A DNA stretch of 64,000 nucleotides from Chloroflexota bacterium (GTDB taxonomy: Bacteria > Chloroflexota > UBA11872), in contig JAPOXD010000045.1 of assembly GCA_026707285.1 (NCBI GenBank), forward strand, positions 29,384-93,383, read 5' to 3'. The first letter of the stretch is position 1. Each line of letters begins with the position of its first letter. Both the position numbers and the translations under genes were made by a program. Shown here in pieces: positions 8,292 through 17,219 of this stretch. The notes below the pieces were generated by a model. It had not been told where the DNA came from, did not search any database, and saw only the letters and a program-made list of their open reading frames with translations.

Positions 8292-11153
8292 CTAGGGCGC
8301 CGTCGTCCTTGGGAGCGACGCCCCACCGAGCGCATCTTCAGACGCGGCGTACGAGATATCGCCAGTATCCGAGACCGTGATCTCCAGCACCGGAACGACG
8401 GCGACATCCCGCCAAACGTTCGGCTGCCACTCGTGCCGCAGGCGCATGGCCAACACCCAAGTCCCCGCGCCCAAGCCGCCCTCCGATGTGTCGAGCGGCA
8501 CCAAGGCCCCAGCCTCATTGCGCACCGCGAGGCGCGCCGTCGGCACGTCGAATTCATAGGTGTGCGACTCACTCGCCGAAGCGGACGAGATCAGGCCGCC
8601 GAACCATTTGGCAATCTCGGGCCCACGGTCGCGGCTGTGGCCGCTAAATCCGACCGGAAGCGCCAGCGGCGTCGCGTCGACCTCCACAATCACCCAGTCC
8701 TGGCCCGTCCAACGCTCCGGCGCCCGATTGTCAAGGGTGGCCGCAAAGATAATTCGGCCAGCGTCGATACGTGCATCGGATACCTCGACGGACACCGGCG
8801 ACGCTTCGAGCACCCCCCGGGGCGGCGTGATCGGCGCCACGGCGCCGTTGGGCGCGTAGACGGCAACCTCCTCGTTTTGCCAAATGGGCTGCCGACCGCC
8901 GGGTGGAAACATCCACATCCACGGTTCGACGGACGCCGGGAGGACAACCAGGTCGGGGAAGTCCTCGCCCAGCGGTTCGACCGTCCACGGCTCCGACGTG
9001 CGCACGTGCAGCGGCAGTGCGTGGATGGCGCCGACCAGCCGCGTGTGCAGCAGCGTCGACGCGACACGGAGTCGGTCCACCCAAATGGTTTGCGGAGTCA
9101 GGTACACGGTGGTCGCCGGCGGCACCGAGCGAAGCGCTTCAAAAGTCTCGGGATGCGGCGCGACATCGAGTTCGAGAAACGCCGGCCGAATGCGATAGAG
9201 CGCCTCGTCGTCTTCGCGGATCAACAGCTCGAACATGCTGGGATCCTCCAGCCACGTCTTCGACCGCGTGGGTAGGCCCGCCGCCCAGATGTCCGTCGCA
9301 AGAACGTATTCGAGACCCAGTCGCCGGATGGCCGCCGGCTCGAGGTAGTGGCGGGCGTCCCAATACTCCGGTCCCTGGTGGTAGTTCAAGTGGATCACGT
9401 CGGCGAAACCTGCGTTGTTCGGCCGGCCGGTGCCGAGAAACACGTTCCAATAGGGCCACTCGGTGGCGAGCACGCGGGAATCCGCGGTCGTGTGGTCCCG
9501 GATATAGTCCGCCACGGGTCCCGTCAAGGCCCGCAGCTGAAACCGGCGCAAGGGCACGTCCACGCCCTGGTCTCGCAGCTCTGTTTGCACCCACCGGGCA
9601 TTGGCCAGCTGCACGCCGTGGCCGATTGCGAGGCCGAGATTGCGCGCGGGTGTCATCGCCGTTGGCCAGACGATGAGACCCACCAGCAGCGCGCCTATAC
9701 CGACGCGCCAACGTCCGGGCGGAAGGCCGGCGAGGCGGGATCCGAGCGCCAACAGCAGCGCCACGAGCGACAGGTTGCGGGCATGCCCCGCCAGACGGTT
9801 GAGATCCCAGGGCGCCGGCGGATACGTCACCGCGAGCCAGACCAGCACCAGCAGGCCGGCGCATGCTGCCAGCGTCACCACCAGCCGGTCGCGCCGCGCG
9901 AGCGCCACCGCCAGGCCCGAAAGCGCCACCGGCCCCAAGCCCAGCAGGCCCAGCCCGCCGGGACGCGCCTCGAACGATCCCAGCGCTCGCCAGTGCTCGG
10001 GTTCAAGGCTCTGCGCCAGGATCAAGGTTGACGGGCGCGAACCGTCCAAGATTCCGGTGAACGCGCCGCCGCCGCCGAGCAGCAACAGCCCGGCAAGCAC
10101 GGGACCCGCGCCCAAGCGCAGCGCCGCCCGCGCCGCTGGCTCGGTCCTGCGAGCACCGAAAACGTGCACCAGCGCCAGACTGGCCCACACAACCAGCACC
10201 ACCGGCGTGAGCGTGATGGACAGCAGGCCCAGGAAGCCGACCAAGCCGGCCTGCGTCAGCGCAGCTCGCCACGACCAGCGCTGACAGCTCGCTGCGTGCT
10301 GTAGCACCACGAATGCCACGGCGTATCCCAATGGATATGACGGTTTCCAGATGTCAGCCAATGCATTTGACCTATCCGTAATCGGGGGCAGCTCGACGTA
10401 CGGCCAATAGATGTCGCCGAGCGACGCCCGCAGTCCCGCTTCGGGCAGCCCGGCCGGAATGGGCAGCTGCAACACGCCGGGTCCAACGTTGGTGAGGGTC
10501 CAAAGACCGCTGCTGAGCATGAGCGGGACCGTGACAACGAGTCCGACGAGCGATGCCCGCTGCAACACCGCCGTAGCCACGATCAGGATCAGGCTTGTCC
10601 AGGCAAAGGCGCCCAGCAATTCGGAGACGAATGCGAGATCCGGTCCGAACGGCGGCGCCAGAAGGCCGACGAGAAGATCCCTCCCGTGGTGATAGCGAAC
10701 GAGGATGCCCGCGTTCCAGGGCGACTCGGGGGGAAAGCCGCCAGCTCTGATGGTGGCGGCCAGTCCGAGGTGAGTTTGCGGGTCGGCAATCACCATCAGT
10801 TGGCGGCTGGCAAGCGCGACCCACAGCAGCGCCAGCACGGCCACGGCGAATCCCGCGGCCACGCGCGGCCGCGGGCCTATGGGGCGAGGCGCGCGCCACG
10901 CCAGGACAGCGCCCAGGCCGACCGTGACGCCCCAGCCGATGAGGGCCCCCGCGAGGCCTGGAACCACGTACATGACAAAGTTGACGATCACGCCCCAGAG
11001 CGCGAGTCCGACTACGAGTCCCTGGGCTAAGGCCATCCGGTCGTCGTCTTGTCGCAAAACCACCCGCACGACGACGTAGCCGACCGCAGCGAGCGCAATG
11101 AACTCTGCCGCCAGGAGCAGCAAGCCCGGGATCACCGCCGGATCGAGGGTCAA
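8292..11153 (-). CDS. array paralog P3 (953 aa, A-type C-terminus)
   Basis: ORF 8292..11210. Likely start is TTG 11153 ((M)TLDPAVIPG...) by alignment with the other copies, with GGTGGAGG about 10 nt upstream. The start is uncertain within 11153-11210. Confidence 0.8.
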   Translation of the reverse strand: MTLDPAVIPGLLLLAAEFIALAAVGYVVVRVVLRQDDDRMALAQGLVVGLALWGVIVNFVMYVVPGLAGALIGWGVTVGLGAVLAWRAPRPIGPRPRVAAGFAVAVLALLWVALASRQLMVIADPQTHLGLAATIRAGGFPPESPWNAGILVRYHHGRDLLVGLLAPPFGPDLAFVSELLGAFAWTSLILIVATAVLQRASLVGLVVTVPLMLSSGLWTLTNVGPGVLQLPIPAGLPEAGLRASLGDIYWPYVELPPITDRSNALADIWKPSYPLGYAVAFVVLQHAASCQRWSWRAALTQAGLVGFLGLLSITLTPVVLVVWASLALVHVFGARRTEPAARAALRLGAGPVLAGLLLLGGGGAFTGILDGSRPSTLILAQSLEPEHWRALGSFEARPGGLGLLGLGPVALSGLAVALARRDRLVVTLAACAGLLVLVWLAVTYPPAPWDLNRLAGHARNLSLVALLLALGSRLAGLPPGRWRVGIGALLVGLIVWPTAMTPARNLGLAIGHGVQLANARWVQTELRDQGVDVPLRRFQLRALTGPVADYIRDHTTADSRVLATEWPYWNVFLGTGRPNNAGFADVIHLNYHQGPEYWDARHYLEPAAIRRLGLEYVLATDIWAAGLPTRSKTWLEDPSMFELLIREDDEALYRIRPAFLELDVAPHPETFEALRSVPPATTVYLTPQTIWVDRLRVASTLLHTRLVGAIHALPLHVRTSEPWTVEPLGEDFPDLVVLPASVEPWMWMFPPGGRQPIWQNEEVAVYAPNGAVAPITPPRGVLEASPVSVEVSDARIDAGRIIFAATLDNRAPERWTGQDWVIVEVDATPLALPVGFSGHSRDRGPEIAKWFGGLISSASASESHTYEFDVPTARLAVRNEAGALVPLDTSEGGLGAGTWVLAMRLRHEWQPNVWRDVAVVPVLEITVSDTGDISYAASEDALGGASLPRTTAP

Positions 11154-11331
11154 GTCCGCGGCCTCCACCTCGCGTCGACCGGGGACACTTGTGCCGCCGT
11201 AGCCGAGCAAGGCTCGGCCAACGGAAACGCACCATCAGCCACGGTGGCGGCCCTGATAGCCTCCCAAGCTCGCCCGCCGCCGATTGGAGTGTCGATCGTC
11301 CGAGGCATGGCGCTCATCTTGCCCGACTTGT

Positions 11332-14205
11332 CTACGGCGTGGCTGGAGTTCCGGGCTGCACCGTATCCGCGCGCACGTCGTCGAAGACCGCGAACACAAC
11401 CTCACCGGCTTCGGAGAGTGTGAATCGGAGCACTGGAATGAACGCCTCGTCACGCCAAGCGCCAGGCCGCCACTCGTGCCGCAGCCGGATCGCCAACACC
11501 CAAGAGCCCGCGCCCAGGTCGCCGTCGGATGCTGAGACCGGCACATAGGCCCCAGCGTCGTTGCGTACCGCCAAGCGCGCGGTCGGCACGTCGAATTCAT
11601 ACGTGTGCCGAGCGGTCGCCGAACCCGCCGAGAGCAAGCCGCCGATCCATTTGGCCACTTCGGGTCCGCGTCCACCGCCCATGAATCTGGCGGGCAGCGG
11701 CCACGGTCCATCGTCCAGCTCGACGATGACCCAGTCTTGGCCCGTCCAGCGGTCCGGCGCGTGCTCGGTGAACGCCGCATGGAAGATGAGGCGTCCGCGA
11801 TCGATGCGCGGCTCTGTCACTTGGACTGTCACGGGCGGCTCTCGCACCGGCGGTAGCGGCGCAATGGGCGCCCCGGCTCCATCCGGCGCATAGATCGAAA
11901 TCTCGTCGTTCGACCAGATTGGGCGTCGGCCAGCTGAGGGTAGAAACGCCTGGACCCACAAGTCGAAGGATGTGGGCAGTACGACGAGATCCGGCACGCG
12001 CTCCGCAAGGGGCAGCACCGCCCACGGGACGGGCGAGCGGGCGAACAGGAGCTCGGTGCGAACCGGGCCGAACAACTGCGCGTGCGACAGCGCCGAAGAG
12101 ACTCGGAGCCTGGTCATCCAGTGGACATGTGGGGTTAGATACACCGTGGTCGATGCGGGAACGGTTCGGAGCGCCTCGAACGATTCAGGATGCGGGGGAA
12201 CGTCGAGTTCGAAGAATGCCGGCCGCACAAGGTAAAGCGCCTCTACGCCGTCGCGCACCAAGAGTTGAAACAGGCCGGGATCGGCCAGCCAGCGTTGCGC
12301 CCGAGCGGGCAAGCCGGCCACCCAGTCATCCGTCGCATAGACGTAGTCGATCTCCAGCCGCCGGATCGCGGCCGGTTCGAGATAGCCGAGGGCATCGAAA
12401 TACTCCGGTCCCTGGTGATAGATCTGGTGGACGACGCCGGCGAATCCGGCGGCGTTGGGGCGGCCGGTGGCGAGGAATACGCGCCAATAGGGGGGCGGCT
12501 CACCGGCGAGCACGCGCGCGTGGGTGGCCGTGTGGTCCCGGATGTACGTAGCCACGCGGTCGGACAGGGCCGGCATCGGAGTGCGCCGCGCAAGCGTCTC
12601 GGGTTCGGCTTGGCGCGGATCCGGCGCGAGCGCCCCGGCATTGGCCAGTTCAATGCCGTTGCCGAGCGCGAGGCCGGCATGCCGCACGGGTTCCACCACC
12701 CTCGGCCAGGCGATGAGCCCCACAAGGAACACGCCCACCGCAAAGCGCCGGCGCCCAGACCACAACTGAGGCAGACGGGTGGCGAGCGCCAGCAACAGAC
12801 TCACCAGCGCAAAGTTTCGGGCGTGCCCAGCCAGGCGGTTCACGTCCCAGGGTGCGAGCGGATAGCTCACCAGCAGCCACCCCAGCGCCAGCAGTCCCAC
12901 GCCTACTGCCAGTGCCAGCACGAGCCCGTTGCGCCGGTCGAGCAGGACGGCGACGCCCGCCAGCGCCACTGGACCGATGCCGAGCAGGGCCACACCCCCG
13001 GGCAGAGGTTCGAACACTCCGAGCAGCAACCATCCCTCTGGATGGCCATGCCAACCAAGCAAGAGCTCGGGGGGCGACGAGGCATCTAGAAAACCGGTGA
13101 AAAGGCCGCCGCCAGCGAGGAGTAGCAGCACGGCCAGCGCCAGTCCTGCGACCGACCGCATGGCCGAACCCAATGCCGCGCGATCCCGCTGCGACCGCAC
13201 GAGCCGCAACGCCGCCGTGCCTCCCCACACGGCACCCACCGCCGGCACGAGCGTGGTAACCAGCAAGCCCAGGAATCCGACCAGCCCGCCGAGGGTGAGA
13301 ACGGCAGGCCACGACCGGTCTTCTGCGCGCGCCACACGCTCGAACACGACAAGCGCCAGCGCATAACCCAGGGTGAATTCGGGTTTCCAGATGTCGGGCA
13401 CGATCGGTGCGGGAAAGGTCGCGTCCAGCCCGACCAACGGCCAGTAGATCTCGCTCAGTGACGCGCGCAGACCCGCCGCCGGCAGCCCTGCTGGAACGGG
13501 TATCTGCAAAACTCCGCCACCCATTCCCTCCCACTCCCACTCGCCGGTGGTCCAGACGCCTATCGTCAGCAGGAGGGGGGCGAGGATTAGGGCGACCACC
13601 CACGATCCGCGCTGTGCGATGAGTGACACGGCCGCCAACACGTAGCTGACCCAGGCGTAGACACCCAGCAGTTCCGACACGAACGCCAAGTTTGGCCCGA
13701 AGGGCGGCATCAGCAGCCCGACCATCAGTGAGGGGCCGTGGTGATAGCGCAGCGGCGCCCCCGGGCTCCACGGCAGCTCCGGCGGAAAAACCCCGGCCCG
13801 AATCGCAGCCGCCAAGCCCAGGTGGATCGGCATGTCGGGAATCGGCAAGAGTTGTCGACTGGCGAGCCCAAGCAGGAAGAGCGCCAAAACGACGCCGACG
13901 AATGCCGCAACCGTGCGGGGTGGCAGAAGGATTTGCTCGCGCGCGCGCCAGGCCAAGACCGCGCCTAGCGTGAGGATGCCCCCCCACCCCACGGCCGCGC
14001 CCGCGAGCCCGGGCACGACGTATTGCACGACGTTGACCACCAAACCCCAGAGCACCAGGCCGACCACGAGACCCTGGGCCAGCGCCACGCGGTCGTCGTC
14101 CTGCCGCAGCGCGACCCGCGCCACCACGAAGCCCACGGCGGCAAGCGCGATGAACTCGGCCGCCAGGAGAAGCAGCCCGGGAATGACTGTTGGGTCAACC
14201 CTCAT
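11332..14205 (-). CDS. array paralog P4 (957 aa, A-type C-terminus)
   Basis: ORF 11332..14205, ATG start (MRVDPTVIPG...). Same motif set and architecture as P2. Confidence 0.85.
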   Translation of the reverse strand: MRVDPTVIPGLLLLAAEFIALAAVGFVVARVALRQDDDRVALAQGLVVGLVLWGLVVNVVQYVVPGLAGAAVGWGGILTLGAVLAWRAREQILLPPRTVAAFVGVVLALFLLGLASRQLLPIPDMPIHLGLAAAIRAGVFPPELPWSPGAPLRYHHGPSLMVGLLMPPFGPNLAFVSELLGVYAWVSYVLAAVSLIAQRGSWVVALILAPLLLTIGVWTTGEWEWEGMGGGVLQIPVPAGLPAAGLRASLSEIYWPLVGLDATFPAPIVPDIWKPEFTLGYALALVVFERVARAEDRSWPAVLTLGGLVGFLGLLVTTLVPAVGAVWGGTAALRLVRSQRDRAALGSAMRSVAGLALAVLLLLAGGGLFTGFLDASSPPELLLGWHGHPEGWLLLGVFEPLPGGVALLGIGPVALAGVAVLLDRRNGLVLALAVGVGLLALGWLLVSYPLAPWDVNRLAGHARNFALVSLLLALATRLPQLWSGRRRFAVGVFLVGLIAWPRVVEPVRHAGLALGNGIELANAGALAPDPRQAEPETLARRTPMPALSDRVATYIRDHTATHARVLAGEPPPYWRVFLATGRPNAAGFAGVVHQIYHQGPEYFDALGYLEPAAIRRLEIDYVYATDDWVAGLPARAQRWLADPGLFQLLVRDGVEALYLVRPAFFELDVPPHPESFEALRTVPASTTVYLTPHVHWMTRLRVSSALSHAQLFGPVRTELLFARSPVPWAVLPLAERVPDLVVLPTSFDLWVQAFLPSAGRRPIWSNDEISIYAPDGAGAPIAPLPPVREPPVTVQVTEPRIDRGRLIFHAAFTEHAPDRWTGQDWVIVELDDGPWPLPARFMGGGRGPEVAKWIGGLLSAGSATARHTYEFDVPTARLAVRNDAGAYVPVSASDGDLGAGSWVLAIRLRHEWRPGAWRDEAFIPVLRFTLSEAGEVVFAVFDDVRADTVQPGTPATP

Positions 14206-14240
14206 GAGCCAGGTCGCAATCGCAACCGCTGCCCCTTCAC

Positions 14241-17096
14241 CTAGGGCGACGCCGCTTGGCCACCGACGAGTTCGTCAAACGGCTCATACGTGATCGTTCC
14301 ATCCCCGGACACTCGCACGCGAAGCACTGGGATAACGGCGGCGTCGCGCCACTGGTTCGGCTGGAATTCGTGCCGCAGGCGAAGCGCCAGCGTGTAACCG
14401 CCCGGTCCCAGATTCGCTTCGGAGGATCCCAAGGGCGTGAAATCGCCGCCGTCATTGCGCACGGACAACTCGGGCGCCCGCGCGTCGAACCGATATGTGT
14501 GCGACGTCGCCACACCGGCCCGCGAAAGCAGCCCCTGAACCCACAGGGCGGTTCTTGGGTCGCGGCTGTGGCGAAAGACCTCGGTCGGAATGGCCCACGG
14601 CGATCGATCGCCGACAATGAGGATCCAATCTTGCCCTGTCCACGGCTGCGGGCCGCCCTCGTCAAATGCAGCCGTGAATTCGATGGCTCCTCCAGAAATC
14701 CGCACGCCGGTTACTTCTACACGAATAGGCGGTGGGTCGCCCGCCGCCGGATCGGTCGGGCTCGGGCCTTCCAAAATCCGCGGCACTGCGCCGGTGGGAG
14801 CGTAAACCGCAACGTCGTCGCGCCACCAGATCGGCGAGCGTGCCCTGGGCGGGAGCATCCAGGGATCCGCTCCGGTCGGCAAGACGACAAGGTCGGGAAG
14901 CTCGTCGGTCAGCGGCTCGACTTGCCACTTCGCGGGCGGAATGACATGCAGGAACAGCGGGTCGAGCTCTCCGACCAGCCGAGCATGCGACAGGGCGGCG
15001 GCGACGAGCAATGTGTCGTACTCCCGGGGCGGCGCCACCAGATAGACCGTGGCCGACGATGGCACGGCCTTCCTCAGAGCCTCGAAGGACGCCGGATGCG
15101 GTTCAACGTCGAGGCTCGTAAACGCTTGCCGCACTCGATAGAGCGCTTGGCGCTTTTCTTGGACCAGCGGCTCGAAAAACCGAGGGTTTTCCAGCCACGC
15201 CCGCGACCGCGGCGGCAGCGCCGCCACCCAATCATCCGTCGCGTGGATGTATTCGATGCCCATCCGCCGGATGGCGGCCGGCTCGAGGAAGTTGAGCGCA
15301 TCCAGATGCTCGGGGCCGGAATGGTGGGTGTGGTAGGCATGCCCGATAAAGCCTGAGGCATTCGGTCGGCCCGTGTGCACGCTCAGGTCCCAGGCATTCT
15401 CCAAAGACGTGAATACGCGTGCGTCGATTGGCGTGCGGTCGCGGACGTAGTCGGCCACCGCCGGGGCGACCTCGGGCATCGCGTACCGCAGGTCGTCGTT
15501 CTCCGTCGACCGCGAGGCGGCCGCTCCCGCAGTGCGCGCGGCGTTCGCGATGTCTACCCCGTTGGCTAGCGACATGCCGAGGATGCGGGCAGGCCGAGCG
15601 ATCGTGGGCCAGACCAGCGCTAGCATCAGCAGCGTCGCGGCGGCATAGCGCCAGCGGGGCTGCAGCTGCGCGAGACCACCGCCAATCGCCAGAACCAAGG
15701 CCACAAGCGCGAAGTAGCGGGCATGCCCGGCGATTCGGTTCATATTCCAGGGCGCTGGCGGATAGTCCAGCAGAATCCAAGCCAGCGTGAACATGCAGGC
15801 CCCGAGCGACAGCGCCAGGATCAGGCGATCGCGCCTTCCCAGCGCCGCCGCGACGCCGGCGACGACGAGCGGCCCGATCTCGGCGAACAGACCCGACCCG
15901 CTCTCTCCGCGGGACAGTCGGCCAAGGGAGACACCAATATCGTCAAGCGTGCGCGGCGCGAAGGCCACGCTCCCGGTCGATTGACCTTCGAGGACACCGG
16001 AAAGCCCGCCGCCACCGCCGATCAAAAGGACTGCGGCGAGCGCCAACGCCGTGCCCGATCGCAGCGCCGCGCTGCCCAGATCGGCGCGGGATCGTCGCAG
16101 CCGCACCAGGTGAGCAGCCTCGATGCCGGTCCATAGCACGAGCACCACCGGCACGACGCCCGTCTGTGCCAGCCCCAAGAAACCAACCAACGCCCCGATC
16201 GTTAGGCGTGGGATCCAGCCACTAGGGCAAGCGCAAATGGCTCGCTCGAGCACCACGAGCGACAGGGCGTAGGCGAAGGTAAACGTGGGGAGCCAAATGT
16301 CGGGCAGGGCGCCCGACGGCAAGCCCATATTTGGCGGCGGGGGCGGCCAATACGCTTCCCCAAGGGACGCCACGGCCGCGGAAGACAGTTCCGCGGGAAT
16401 TGGAGCCAGCACCGCCAGGACACTTCGCATGCCGACCCATGACCAGGCGCCGGCGGTGATGAGCAGCGGGGCGATAGCAACCACGGCCAACCAGCCGCCG
16501 CGACGTCGGAGCGAGGTAACCACGATCAAGGCGAGGCTGGTCCAGAAATACGCCCCGAGAAGCTCGGAAACAAATGCCAGGTCGGGGCCTTGGGGCGGCG
16601 CCAGCAGGCCGGTCATCATGTCCACGCCGTAGTGGTAGCGGAGGGGAATTCCCGGATTCCACGAGAGTTCCGGCGGGAACGCGCCGGACCTGATGGCGGC
16701 GCCGACTCCGAGGGCTTGATAGGGATCGACGATCGCCATCGTCTGGCGGCTGGCCATCGCCACCCAGAACATGGCCACGGCCGCAACGGCGAATCCCACG
16801 GCCACCCGGGGCCGGGGGCGAATGGGGCGCGGCGTGCGCCAGACGAGAACGGCGCCCAGGACAAGAACTACGCCCCAGCCGACGAGAGCTCCGCCAAGAC
16901 CCGGAACCACATGGAGGATGAAGCTGACGACCAGGCCCCACAGCGCCGGGCCAATCACCATGCCCTGCGCCAACGCCATCAGATCGTCCGTCTGCCGCAG
17001 CGCCACCCGAGCCACCACATAGCCCAGGGCGGCCAGCACGGCCAGTTCGGCCAGCAGCAGCAGCAAGCCTGGAACGACCGCTGGGTCGAGGGTCAT
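14241..17096 (-). CDS. array paralog P5 (951 aa, B-type C-terminus)
   Basis: ORF 14241..17096, ATG start (MTLDPAVVPG...). Same membrane core. The C-terminal ~330 aa are of the second subtype (AVPSSATVYLVAPP..., PIWW, IEFTAAFDE..., SHTYRFDARAPELSVRND). Confidence 0.85.
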   Translation of the reverse strand: MTLDPAVVPGLLLLLAELAVLAALGYVVARVALRQTDDLMALAQGMVIGPALWGLVVSFILHVVPGLGGALVGWGVVLVLGAVLVWRTPRPIRPRPRVAVGFAVAAVAMFWVAMASRQTMAIVDPYQALGVGAAIRSGAFPPELSWNPGIPLRYHYGVDMMTGLLAPPQGPDLAFVSELLGAYFWTSLALIVVTSLRRRGGWLAVVAIAPLLITAGAWSWVGMRSVLAVLAPIPAELSSAAVASLGEAYWPPPPPNMGLPSGALPDIWLPTFTFAYALSLVVLERAICACPSGWIPRLTIGALVGFLGLAQTGVVPVVLVLWTGIEAAHLVRLRRSRADLGSAALRSGTALALAAVLLIGGGGGLSGVLEGQSTGSVAFAPRTLDDIGVSLGRLSRGESGSGLFAEIGPLVVAGVAAALGRRDRLILALSLGACMFTLAWILLDYPPAPWNMNRIAGHARYFALVALVLAIGGGLAQLQPRWRYAAATLLMLALVWPTIARPARILGMSLANGVDIANAARTAGAAASRSTENDDLRYAMPEVAPAVADYVRDRTPIDARVFTSLENAWDLSVHTGRPNASGFIGHAYHTHHSGPEHLDALNFLEPAAIRRMGIEYIHATDDWVAALPPRSRAWLENPRFFEPLVQEKRQALYRVRQAFTSLDVEPHPASFEALRKAVPSSATVYLVAPPREYDTLLVAAALSHARLVGELDPLFLHVIPPAKWQVEPLTDELPDLVVLPTGADPWMLPPRARSPIWWRDDVAVYAPTGAVPRILEGPSPTDPAAGDPPPIRVEVTGVRISGGAIEFTAAFDEGGPQPWTGQDWILIVGDRSPWAIPTEVFRHSRDPRTALWVQGLLSRAGVATSHTYRFDARAPELSVRNDGGDFTPLGSSEANLGPGGYTLALRLRHEFQPNQWRDAAVIPVLRVRVSGDGTITYEPFDELVGGQAASP

Positions 17097-17219
17097 TTCC
17101 CGCCCTCACCCAATGTGTTCACCCCCGCCGTCCAAGCCACTCTCCCTGGGCGTTTGCGCGGTCAACTCCCACATCATCACATCGGGGCACCCGCGCCCCG
17201 AGCGGGACGTCCGGTCGGC